A stretch of 63,698 nt of DNA, filler included, from Nemertoderma westbladi (lineage: Eukaryota; Animalia; Xenacoelomorpha), in assembly GCA_032718475.1 (NCBI GenBank). It is 3 parts of 3 records of this genome, joined end to end, with 100 filler letters (N's around TTAATTAATTAA, not from the genome) between each part and the next. Parts side by side here need not be neighbours in the genome. Positions count along the whole stretch, not along the records: positions 1 to 31,234 come from JAUCBJ010004032.1; 2 more parts are not named here. One strand, 5' to 3'. Positions 11,158 to 23,182 of this stretch are shown here, one piece after another. The notes under the pieces are model-generated. The model worked only from the letters and a program-made list of their open reading frames with translations. It did no database searches and was not told the origin of the DNA. The stretch's first letter is position 1. Each line of letters opens with the position of its first letter. A program made the position numbers and the translations under genes.

Positions 11158-12428
11158 CTTATACTTATATTTACCGACTGATTACTGTTATTTATGCTTA
11201 TATTTACCGACTGATTACTGTCATTATGCTTATATTTACCGACTGATTACTGTCATTATGCTTATATTTACCGACTGATTACTGTCATTATGCTTATATT
11301 TACCGACTGATTACTGTCATTTATGCTTATATTTACCGACTGATTACTGTCATTTATGCTTATATTTACCGACTGATTACTGTCATTTATACTTATATTT
11401 ACCGACTGATTACAGTCATTTATGCTTATATTTACCGACTGATTACTGTCCTTTATGCTTATATTTACAGACTGATTACTGTCATTTATGCTTATATTTA
11501 CCGTCTGATTACTGTCATTTATGCTTAGTTATATTTACAGACTAATTACTGTCATTTATGCTTATATTTACCGACTGATTACTGTCATTTATACTTATAT
11601 TTACCGACTGATTACAGTCATTTATGCTTATATTTACCGACTGATTACTGTCCTTTATGCTTATATTTACAGACTGATTACTGTCATTTATGCTTATATT
11701 TACCGTCTGATTACTGTCATTTATGCTTAGTTATATTTACAGACTAATTACTGTCATTTATGCTTATATTTACCGACTGATTACTGTCATTTATGCTTAT
11801 ATTTACCGACTGATTACTGTCATTTATGCTTATATTTACCGTCTGATTTCTGTCATTTATGCTTATATTTACCGACTGATTACTGTCATTTATGATTATA
11901 TTTACCGACTGATTACTGCCATTTATGCTTAGTTATATTTACAGACTAATTACTGTCATTTATGCTTATATTTACCGACTGATTACTGTCATTTATGCTT
12001 ATATTTACCGACTGATTACTGTCATTTATGCTTATATTTACCGACTGATTACTGTCATTTATGCTTATATTTACCGACTGATTACTGTCATTTATGCGTA
12101 TATTTACCGACTGATTACTGTCATTTATGCTTATATTTACCGACTGATTACTGTCATTTATGCTTATATTTACCGACTGATTACTGTCATTTATGCTTAT
12201 ATTTACCGACTGATTACTGTCATTTATACTTAGTTATATTTACAGACTAATTACTGTCATTTATGCTTATATTTACAGACTAATTACTGTCATTTATGCT
12301 TATATTTACCGACTGATTACTGTCATTTATGCTTATATTTACCGACTGATTACTGTCATTTATGCTTATATTTACCGACTGATTACTGTCATTTATGCTT
12401 ATATTTACCGACTGATTACTGTCATTTA
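11158..12428. repeat. 33-bp tandem satellite (TTATGCTTATATTTACCGACTGATTACTGTCAT)n with some 32- and 37-bp variants
   Basis: Directly visible array. The YAYIYRLITVI ORFs are by-products of it. Confidence 0.97.
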
Positions 12429-12429
12429 T

Positions 12430-12880
12430 TGGACGGATCTAAGAAGTGGATGTCCTTATTTCTCACGCGTGTTTGTTTTGTTTGTTTGTTTGTACACACA
12501 ACTTCTTGCACTTAATGTTGATGGAATTGGATGAAACTTTGATGATAGGTTCATTATCGGACCTAGTTGTGTTTGCAAGGTTTTGGTTGCGAGGGACCTG
12601 TTGTTTGCCTAGCAACAGTGAAATTAATTCTAGAATGAGTGATCATAATCGTAGAATTCACTCAATCAAAATTCTATCGACACCCCATAGGGAGCACCTA
12701 TTGGACATGCTTTATGCAAAATTTCGCTTTATTTCATTTAGAATTGTTGGAGAAGATACATTTCTAACAAACAGTGTTTTTTTAACATAGGCCCTACAAT
12801 ATTATTTTATTATACTATACTATTATCATACTGGCTAGCCATTCCCGAATATCGTTGCCAAGACAACAACCTATTAGAGG
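12430..12880 (+). mobile_element. Probable Helentron-associated (HINE/DINE-like) non-autonomous element
   Basis: Short 5' hairpin ggac...gtcc followed by a (GTTT)n microsatellite. Architecture only; no coding evidence. Confidence 0.4.
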
Positions 12881-13194
12881 TTCACTGTGGAGGTAAGTAG
12901 CAGTAGCAGTGTAATTGAGAGAGCTGTCTGCTCCACATTTACAACTATTGGGTTCTCATTCGTTATTACTTAAGTTATTACAACAATATTGATAGCAATG
13001 GATCCCTCCATGTTGCCAGCTCTTGCTGGTAAGCTTGTTTCTTCATTTATAGCTTTTATTTATTTATGGAATAGATTTTATTCCAAAATTGTAACATTAC
13101 TCAACGCCGTTAGTTTTAACAGCGAGTTTTTATTTAGCAATTAACAACTTTAGAGGACATTACAGCATTGCATTGGCCTGTATATTTAGTATTG

Positions 13195-13990
13195 AATAGG
13201 GTTGGTGACACAAAAAAATATTTTTCTGTAAACACGTTCATAAAATGTAAAAAGGTGTGCTGATCACGAATCTGAAAACCGTTTTTAATTTCATCGAGTT
13301 CCGGCTGAGATTGACGGGTTTATACACCATCGCGGGAAAATCTGAGTTTAAACGTTCTGATTTACTGGTCCACTTTCTGTTCCACTTTATCGCTAGGCAA
13401 CGCCAACAACATTCACTAGCTACAGTAACAGCATACAGTTTACTATTGTTTGATGTAGGCTAATTTTAGTTATAAAGATTGAGATATTTATATTATTAGT
13501 TTGACACAACAATGTAATGTTCATTGTTTAAGATTATTTTTATTCTTTTGTAGCGGCTCTGTAGGGGTTGTCCTACCTAGTATTATAGCGTACTACCGTA
13601 CTGTAGTTACGAATGTTAGCAGCCCCAGCAGGGCTACAAGTTTTGGACCTTATTCTTTCTGTAAAAATGCTAATAAACCATCTCAACAGTTTTTTAACCC
13701 TGAAATTTCACATCGGATTTGAACGCATTTATGATAATAATATCACAGTGTATTGCGATTATGTTCTAGAACACGATCAAGCATCCCACTGCTGCGTTTT
13801 CTAACGCAATGCGTTTTTTTCTCACAGCTTGCATTAAAACCACCTTTTTTCCGAACACTATCCAATTCTGCGTTTTTTTCTTGAAATATAGAGAATATTT
13901 GTAAATCAAAACATGTAAACATATCCAATAATAATCCAATACTAATTCCATTTTTGTAAGAAGTAGCGTGTCTCTAAAGCTCCAATTTAA
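13195..13990. repeat. Dispersed non-autonomous repeat, with inverted copies near 22400-22650 and 17850-18240
   Basis: ctgatcacgaatctgaaaaccgtttttaattt...ccggct is reverse-complemented at 22520-22590. cacagtgtattgcgattatgttctagaaca is reverse-complemented near 17990-18020. Confidence 0.75.
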
Positions 13991-14582
13991 CACTAAGTAG
14001 TTAATGAGTAACTACTGAGTCTTAACTACTGTATTTAGTGATTGAACACGAACAGTATCATACGTAGAAACACGCTGAATCAGCAAAATGCCGTATAGTA
14101 TAACTATAGTCTAACATTTGACAGTGCCGTGTTGTCTGCAGAGTACAGGGCTGTCTCCAGGAAACGGAAAATTACGTTTAGAAAAACGAAATAAAGAAGA
14201 ATAACATGCCGACGCAATGCATGAGGCTACTGACAGCTCCTATTGGCATCTGCCAAAATTGTGGCAGGAATGTGGAATTTGTCTATTTATAGGTGAATGT
14301 TACTACTAAAGTGTGTTTACAGTAGCGAGCCGCAATTGTGAAAGTTATCCTACATCTGTAATAAGTACCTCCAGTATATTCGAGCCGTTGGGACGGACAG
14401 TAGAGTGACTCACGCTGGTTATTGTTGTTGTTGTGTGCTACTACGTTGGCGAGGGGCACAGTGACAGCAGTACATCAGCGCTGAGGATCTCAGGGCTGTC
14501 CAGGGGCAGTGGGGGGACAGAAAGGCTGCGGCACCCACTAGCCTTATTTATTTATAATATCAATAAACTCATATATATTTAA

Positions 14583-17316
14583 TATGACTGGGTTGATAGA
14601 AGATGATCTTGGTATCAGGGATCGATATACTCTACCTCTACAAGTGTTTGTTGATAGTTTGATAAGCGGCGACGCGAGTCAACATACGACTTAAGATGAT
14701 GGACGTTATATCAAACCGCCAATGTCTGAGGAACAGCTTAAGCGTGAATTGGACTAAGTTCACAGCTCAAGTTCACAACGAAAATTTACAGCTCGCTATA
14801 CACATCGTAAAGGTACATATATGGACTTCTTAACTACTGGTCATCCTATCGATTTACATGATACGGACGATGTTGATACAGAAAGGGATATGAATTTGTT
14901 TAAATATCATTCCCAGCGGAATCGGAACTGAGAATTGAACATGAAAATTCTATTTGAAACCGACTCGAAAGAGAAGATGTTGAAGAACCGGACAAGCGTA
15001 CTGACTTTTACGAATATTTAGAGTTCCTGAGAGAAACTTATCTCAATGTAGCTAGTCAACAAAATCTAGAAACTCGTTATCCTCAAGGTATACATCATAA
15101 CCCTATGATAGAACTCAAACGACTGTATTTTACTATGATGTATCCTACCGCCAATCAACCACTACCTGTTGTACCGGATAGCTTCGAACAGATGGAGGAA
15201 TATTGTAAAACTGGAGAAAGATCGCCAGCGTTTCCCTTACAAGACATGCGTCTTTGGTATTACTGCGATGAATGCCCTAGACCAAATCAACAAACGGAAC
15301 GACATAAACACCCGCGGAGACGTTGTGCTAAACATAGTTTTACTCACTATACTTACGGGAGTTTTGAGCGAAACTTGTTCGACGTACCACCTACGCTCGC
15401 TAGACTCAAACGATCCTTAAGTAAACCTATGATCGAGTTCCGGAATACTCGGTCAGACCTCCTCATTCCCCGGTGCGACTGCAGACTCTTGACCCTAATA
15501 GTATGACAGATCCTCCTGAGTTGTACTCATTGTTCAAAGATCTGGTGTTGCCCGAACAATTAGTCAGTGGCACTCCGGTTGTGGGCTCTTTGGATATTCG
15601 CCCATCCTACTTAGCCGGATCGGGACGTGGACATCTAATATCTCTGTTCAACCCGTATAATCGTCCCAGTTTGACTCCGATACAACCTGTCACCGAGGTG
15701 GAGGAAAGTGTCATACGGAAGGCACTGGACGCGATACGGCAAAAGAGCGGAAAGGGAACCTATGATTGTTTAGACAAACGTAGGTTACACCAACAAGTTC
15801 AAGCGGTAAAAGAATAAGCTTTATCTCAATTCGATCGCGAATTCGAGAAACTGGAGGGAGATATTGAACATGGACGTACATATTCGTTACAAGAGTTCTT
15901 GGACGATCGCTTTCAAAGACAAGCGGAGGAGAATCAGCTAGAGGAAAAACAATTCAAATTCAACAAATTCAAATGCTTTAGGCGCTTTCTGACTCTGTTC
16001 CGTAACGTTGATAGTCAGTTTAAAGACCGCGCATTAACCAAACTCAGCTTGAGAGATTCCGCCACTGAGAAGTTAGATAGCGCTGGATTTGCCATTTTTT
16101 AAGGACATTTGCTTACAAAATCTACATTCATCTGTCATGCAAAGACCCAGAATCCCCACAGGATACTCTATTGTGGAAGTTCAAATGGTGGGTTCCCTAG
16201 AGAAAATGGCTATGTCCGTCGAAGCTCTGCAAGTTGAAAAAGAACCAATTTGCTAACAATCTGAAGAAATTCAACCCATAACACCCAGGAGTAGCGATAA
16301 TGATTATGTGTTGGAATGGTATCAAGGTCCACAATGTCTCACGGCATATGATTATCGGCATGCCAATTACATTTCTAGGAAACATTCTCGATTATGTGCA
16401 TCACGTGACCACTTTACCCCTTTAGACTCCAACAAACTCTGCTCCTACTTTAAAGACCAACCTCCTATGGAAATTTATTGTGCTTATTGTCGACTTAACA
16501 ATCAGCATATTTTCGCTGTTTGTCCTCAATTCATGACTCAATTTCACTACTGCCAATTCAAAGGACACGCTAGTTTCGATTGCTCTTTCAACCGAGACCT
16601 AAAAAGTGTGGACGAAATAGTTACATTACGTTATATCAGATCTTGGGAAGCTAGTGCGGATCTCCATTGTGAATCACGCCACCGATATTATCCAGGACGT
16701 GCATATGAAGGAATTTATGCGTTTCACCCATACCTCTTTTCCTCAGTTGAACAAAAATCTCGCACTCCTAGTTATGAACTGATGAAAAGTGTTGGCGAGA
16801 GTGTTTCAACTAAATACATTTGTAAATATCTGAGAAATATCAATCCCAATAGCTTGGATTTTTATAATCTGATTAACTTCATTCGACAAGATCCTGAATA
16901 CGGTGAATTATTCATAAACGCACACCCCGAGTTACAAGAAGTTTATAGACGACCATATGAATACAAAGCCAGGGAACGTGAATTAGAAAAGGCGATTAAA
17001 CCGAGAAAATACCTCACTACATACGGTCAACCTACCGCTGTCGTACAAACAACCAATCAAGGACCAGTACGAGCTGCCGTCCTGAAACTAGCCCTAAAGG
17101 TTGTCCAATCCCAATCCACCGATATCGATAATCGATCAACCGGGTACCTCGACCGTCGGATACACCGACCGCAATCCTAACCCTTCCGATGCAATTGTAT
17201 TGCACCCTTCCCCCAGGAGTTATAGCCCTCCTAGTAAGGTGACTCGCCCCAAAGATAAGAAGACTCTCACCAGTCTTAAAAAACTGCGTAAACGCCATTC
17301 GCGAAAGACGGACTGA
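14583..17316 (+). pseudogene. Decayed long ORF(s) of unknown function with CCHC-like zinc knuckles, at the 3' end of an LTR element
   Basis: Coding-like sequence from ATG 14583, broken by stops and frameshifts; it joins ORF-track pieces 15105, 15473, 15899 and 16308. Contains YCAYCRLNNQHIFAVC...HYCQFKGHASFDC and a basic C-terminal tail. Confidence 0.65.
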
Positions 17317-17386
17317 TAGTTTAGAGTATTTTTATATATTAGAAACTGTGATTTTACCTATTTTATAGACTTAAATCCCATTTTCT

Positions 17387-17660
17387 GGGAGCGGTGTAAA
17401 AGCTTTTGCGGACAAAATAAGTCATTTTGCGCAATGCGCTAAATACTCTAAAAGGGCTAAGAATTGTACAACTACGTGTCTGTCAAAAACCCAGAGTTGG
17501 AATGACGAAATCTACCAGCTGTTCCTTTGTGTGAAGAATCGGCCTTTGTTGACATAGATTTAGCCAATCAGATCAGTACCGCTAGTCGGTGGGGTTGACT
17601 TGTTGACGAGATGCTATTTACAGGCGCATCGGTCAACAATTACTGACCAGGCTGGCATTT
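17387..17660 (+). mobile_element. PPT (GGGAGCGG) plus truncated 3' LTR of the same BEL LTR family
   Basis: TGTAAAAGCTTTTGCG starts at 17395. GCGCTAAATACTCTAAAAGGG matches GCGCTGGAATACTCTAAAAAAGG in LTR1. CCAGCTG and CCAATCAG are shared. Confidence 0.75.
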
Positions 17661-18289
17661 AATATAATATAATAATAAAATTTCAAGTTAAATACAGACA
17701 TATAAAACGCACATGTTTAAAGTCGACTCGGAATATCGATAACAACATCAGACAATATAATATATACACACACACCTCAAATATGTACGAAAAGAAATTC
17801 TCAAGTTTGGACCATTATTCTCTTTCAATTTCCTATTTATTTTTACTCTCATTACGTGCTCATGCTGTTTTAATATTTTTAAATATATCCGCATTCGTTG
17901 GTTACTTGTGGGTTTAATATATATAGCTAATAGTAATATGTTGCTATAAACAAACAAACATATTGTATGTGAAGATCTATATATCCATTGTGTTCTAGAA
18001 CATAATCGCAATACACTGTGATATTATCATAAAACTGTGGAGATGGTTTAAAGCATTTTAACAGAAAGAATAAGGTCCAAAACTTGTAGCCTACTAACAT
18101 TCCAAATTCCAAATTTACTAATAATTTCAATTATTATTATTATTATATTCGTAAATATAGTAGGCCAGTATAATACTAGGCAGGTCCACCCCATCCCCTA
18201 CAACCCCTACAGTGCTGCTACAAACGAATAAATATAATCTTAAAATAATTAAATATGTTAATTAATTATCTTAACCATCTTTGGAAAAG

Positions 18290-20760
18290 TTCCCCTCGCC
18301 ATCCGCTCCACCTTCTACAGTGCGAATCTCTTCGCGTGCACGAAGACAGAGGGTGGGGTGTGGCCGATTGAGTTGGCAACACTCTGCGACGATTGGCGGG
18401 GAAGTACTCAGGCTTCCTTGCCCAGGGACCCCGCACCTACTCATACGGCACTGTGCAGCTCGGGATTGGCACGAAACTCGGCGCCGAAGTGGCGGCCCAC
18501 TCAGCGAGGGCACTCTCCTCCTTCCCTAACTCACCTGGCTGCCTGGTAGTGTGCTGCTGAAACTCTACTTCAGCAACGCCTTTAACTCCATCCGGCGGAA
18601 TTCCATGCTCGAGACAGTGAACCAGCGTTATCCCAGCGTGTCCTCGAGGGAGATCGTTGCGGACTCAGGATTAACCCCTCCAAGTCTGAACTCTTCTTTC
18701 TTGGGGAGGAATCCCTGGAGTCCCATTTATCCATCCTTCACGGGTTCGATGAGGTCTGTGAGGGAATTAAGGTGTGTCCACTAGAAGACCTGAAGATCCT
18801 GGGCCTGGGGGCACCAATAGGAGACAACACCATCGTCTCCTGCTTCTCAAATAAACCGAATCCCTCTCCTAGACTCCCATCACGCCTTCCTCCTCCTGCG
18901 GTGCTCACTCACCATCCCGCGACTAACATACTTCCTCCGAACGGCTCTGTGTTTCGACTTCCCGGGGCTGCTGGAGGAGTATGATTCCATCCATTGGAGC
19001 ACCCTGCAGGAGATCTCCAAGACCCATCTGGATGACTCCGCATGGGCGCAATCCTGTTTGCCTGCGAGTTGCGGGGGTCTTGGACTGACCTCAGTTGTGC
19101 AGCTTGCACCTTCCGCCTTTCTGGCTTCCGCGGCTGCCTGCTCTGGTCTCTCCTACTCCCTCTTTGAGTCTCCAATGGATGCCCCTTCTCCCTGCTACAA
19201 CTGTGCCCTCGCTGCGTGGTTGATGATCTTCAACTCGCCTCCTAAGCCACCATCCACCACGCCACCATTGACATTGCCACCACCCATGACATCACCACCC
19301 ACGACGCCACCATCCACAACGCCACCCCACCACCCACGAAGCCACTGTCCGAGACGACACCACCCACGACGCCACCATCCGTGACGCCACCACAGACGAC
19401 GCCTCCGTCTGTGACGCCATCACCCACGACGCCAAAGGCACCGTCCCGCAACTCAACCGCCTCAACCTGCGACGCCACCGCCCCCTGCGACGCCACAGCC
19501 ACCGCCCGCAACACCACCGCCACAACCCGCGACGCCACTGCCACCACCCACGATGCCACTGTCCGTGATGCCACCACCAACGACATCACCACTCACGACG
19601 CCTCGGTCTGCGATGCATACCGTCCGTGACGCCACCACCTACGACGCCACCTTCCGTGATGCCACCACCCACGATGCCACCGCCCACGACGCCACCGCCC
19701 ACGACGCCACCGCCCACGACGCCACCACTCACGACGCCACCGTCTACCTTGACTCCACCACCCACGACGCCACCATCCGTGATGCCACCACCCACGACGC
19801 CACTGTCCGTGATGCCACCACCCACGACGCCACCACTCACGACGCCTCGGACCGTGACGCCACCACCCACAACGCCACCATCCGTGATGCAACCACCCAC
19901 GACGCCACCGCCCACGACGCCACCACTCACGACGCCACCACTCACGACGCCACCGTCTACCTTGACTCCACCACCCACGACGCCACCATCCGTGATGCCA
20001 CCACCCACGACGCCACTGTCCGTGTTGCCACCACCCACGACGACACCACTCACGACGCCTCGGACCATGACGCCACCACCCACAACGCTACCATCCGTGA
20101 TGCAACCACCCACGACGCCACCGCCCACGACGCCACCACTCACGACGCCACCGTCTACCTTGACTCCACCACCCACGACGCCACCATCCGTGATGCCACC
20201 ACCCACGACGCCACTGTCCGTGATGCCACCACCCACGACGACACCACCCACGACGCCACCACACACGACACCACCACCCATGACGCCACCACCCACGACG
20301 CCACCGTCGTCCTTGAAGCCACCACCCACGACGCCACCGACCGTGACGCCACCACTCACGACGCCACCGTCCGTGACGCCATCACCCGCTACGCTTGAGC
20401 CAATAGGCTTGTGTAGGGGGGACGGGATGCGAGTAGATGGCGTCCGCGAGTAGATGGAATCCGCTGGAGGCCGCACTGCAGAGGAAGCGGAAATTCTAAA
20501 GATCCACAAGTACCAGGAACTCTTGGACCGGAGCTACCTCTTCCACCCCGTAGCCTACGAGACCTTGGGCCGCCCCGGCCCTAAAACATCCGAGTTTCTG
20601 ACGGAGATCGTCACAAGACTCCACTCTGTCACCCAGGATCCCCGATCTCACCGCTTCCTCCTGCAGTGACCGGCTGTTGCCATCCTGGTTGGCAATGCGG
20701 CCTCCATTATGGGGACCGTGGACCCCTCACTTACTAACAACGAGGGACTCTACGAGGCTA
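18290..20760 (+). mobile_element. Degenerate CRE-clade non-LTR retrotransposon (RT and restriction-like endonuclease fragments)
   Basis: RT pieces LLKLYFSNAFNSIRR and GGLGLTSVVQLAPSAFLAS. RLE pieces EPIGLCRGDGMRVDG, KIHKYQELL..YLFHPVAYETLG and GNAASIMGT. GC-rich island with deletions and frameshifts. Confidence 0.82.
19245..20392. repeat. 15-bp-based C-rich minisatellite (GACGCCACCACCCAC-like) with higher-order units, inside the CRE element
   Basis: Visible array; gives the TPPPT/HDATT ORFs in several frames. Confidence 0.95.
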
Positions 20761-20919
20761 ATTTGTCATATTCATTGTTGATATTCAAATTTGTCATTAG
20801 TCATATTTGTAATTTCTTAATCTTTGTAACTAAAATTAGCCTACATCAAACAATACACGTTCGTGGGGACTTCGCGCAGCACGAGGCCTAGTTATTATAT
20901 ACAAATTAAAATGCAGCGA

Positions 20920-22398
20920 CTGTATCACAAAATCAGGTTTTGAGAAATTTACCCACACCACCAATCAATCAAAGAAAGGTGGACAGTACGTGTTCACCCC
21001 TTTTAATCCCCCCCCCCCCCCCCACCCTTCCCAACCACCAATACATAACCGCGACATCTACCACCCACGGAAGGGTAGCACGAACTTATTTCCAATCGCA
21101 CGTTAAATATGCAAAGCCAGGTGGTTTATAGGAATATAATAAACGCAGTACTCGTTTTCATTATAAGCCTCTTTGCGTTCGTCCTGTTTTGTATTTAAAT
21201 ATATTTCTTAAACGCAGGCTAGGACGATCTTTATAATAATAATAACTAGGGATGCGATCAATATGTGAAGCCAGGTGGTTTATATAATAATTTAGTCAAC
21301 GCAGTACTCGTCTTCATTATATGCCTCGTTGCGCTCGTCGCTTGTCCTGTTTTGTCATAAAATATTTTTCCTAAACGCAGACTGACGATCTTTATACAGT
21401 TATAACTATGCGAAGTTTCGAAACTGTGCGAGTAACTGTTGATACATCTATGTGGAGATGTGTGATATGTGGAGATGTGTGATACAACGCCAACGCATCT
21501 TATGCCGATGTAGTAATATGGGTATTGAAATAATATTAAATCAATGTACACTCTTAAAGCTGCAGCGAAAAAATGTAGCTAATTTCCTAGGTTACATATA
21601 AAATAATAATATTATTTTTAAGAACATTAATTTTACTACTTTGCAAAAATTCAATTAAAAAATAACCAGACATATACATTGTGGAATAAACTATTTCAGA
21701 TAAGCCTACACAACAGCCATACCATGGATGGTATTTATGTTATTATATCTGTCATTTAACTGAGATAGCAATAGTAGTAATAGTCGAACGGTTATGCGGC
21801 CCGTCCAGCCTATAATAAACACAATTCAGTGATTGGGCTGGAATAGCAATACTATGGTTGCCTCTATTACAATTCCTCTCAGGTTAGTCTACAGCCACAA
21901 CTCCCAGCAGCTAGCTCCACACCAGCAGAGACTTGACCAATAATGGGAAGGATTAAATTTGTACTCAATAATTGTGCGGTTTAATTACGTTTAGATCAAT
22001 TAAAGACACATTTATTAAAGCAAATCACTTAAACTAATTAAAAACTATAATAGAATGGCGTATGGGGATTATATCTGTATAATTTTTAAGTATAATTATT
22101 TAAATCTTATACTGTAAAACAATTAATTTCCTTTAAAAGGCAGGTTGAAAATGGCGTTTTCACCGCAATCAACTTAATTAACTAATTAACTGCTATTATC
22201 TTAGCTTCTCGAAGGCCACACGGAAATTCTACTTGGAAAATTTCTAAACTTTTGCCAAACAACATGTGTACCAAGTTTGGATAGATTTCATCAAAGATTG
22301 GCCGAGTTATTAACGTTTAAAATTGAACACGACAGAACGACAGGTTGATTAATGGTACCACTACGCTAAGGCTCACTCACTTCGTGGCTCGCCCCACA
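20920..22398 (+). repeat. ~1.5-kb repeat, near-identical copy at 31335-32840; partial copies near 59925-60420 and, inverted, 25290-25440
   Basis: Direct alignment. Shared end acgacagaacgacagg...cgtggctcgccccaca is Helitron/HINE-like. Confidence 0.85.
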
Positions 22399-22649
22399 GT
22401 AGTAAACTGTATGTTGTTAGTGTAGCTAGTGAATATTGTTATCGTTGCCTAGCGATAAAGTGGAACAGAAAGTGGAACAGTAAATCAGAGCGTTTAAACT
22501 AAGATTTTCCCGCGATGGTGTATAAACCCGTTAATCTGAGCCGGAACTCGATAAAATTAAAAACGGTTTTCAGATTCGTGATCAGCACACCTTTTTACAT
22601 TTTATGAACGTTTTATATAGAAAAATATTTTTTGAGTCACCAATCCTAT

Positions 22650-23143
22650 TGGGTGTTGTAATGTCCCTTGTTTATGTGGTGGTAACCAATGACGGCGAGC
22701 TGTAAAGTTACGGCGTCATTGGTTACCACGTAAACAATAGGTGGCATGTATAATTAATTTCCTGACAGCCAGATAGGCCTACTGCATTACCTACCGGTAG
22801 CTATTAATAACCAGTAGCTATAAACTATTAACATGGATCCAAACGCCACCATAAATATAAGCTAACTTATTTATAACATAATTTATGTCATTTTTACATT
22901 TATTTATACAGCAACTCATTAAATTTGTACAGTTTCTATCACTTATAATATATATACAATCATTTCGTAATGTTAAAATTTTGGAATAAAACTACATACC
23001 TACTTGTTGCAATGTATTTAACAGTGTTCTGATCCTCGTGGCTTAATTTTCACTCACTCACTAACGTTCGTTCTTTTAACAAAGCCACTCGGATCATCAC
23101 ACTGTAAAGTTCTACTTTACACACCAGTATGTAAATAGTTATA
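22650..23143 (-). mobile_element. Crypton-like non-autonomous element, family C copy
   Basis: Reverse complement of 43834-44452 (taactatttacatact...gatccgag...aacgttagtgagtgagtgaaa). Family assignment is tentative. Confidence 0.6.
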
Positions 23144-23182
23144 ACAGCGAAATACTTTTAAAAACTTATATTTTTTTACAGA

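Noticed and set aside
11158-12428. CRISPR-like array of ~33-bp repeats; YAYIYRLITVI ORFs
   Set aside because: Head-to-tail repeats with no unique spacers, no cas genes and a eukaryotic context. The ORFs arise from the 33-nt period.
19242-20509. Gly/Val-rich and HDATT-repeat ORFs as real proteins
   Set aside because: Open in several frames on both strands because of the repeat, and embedded in a dead retrotransposon.
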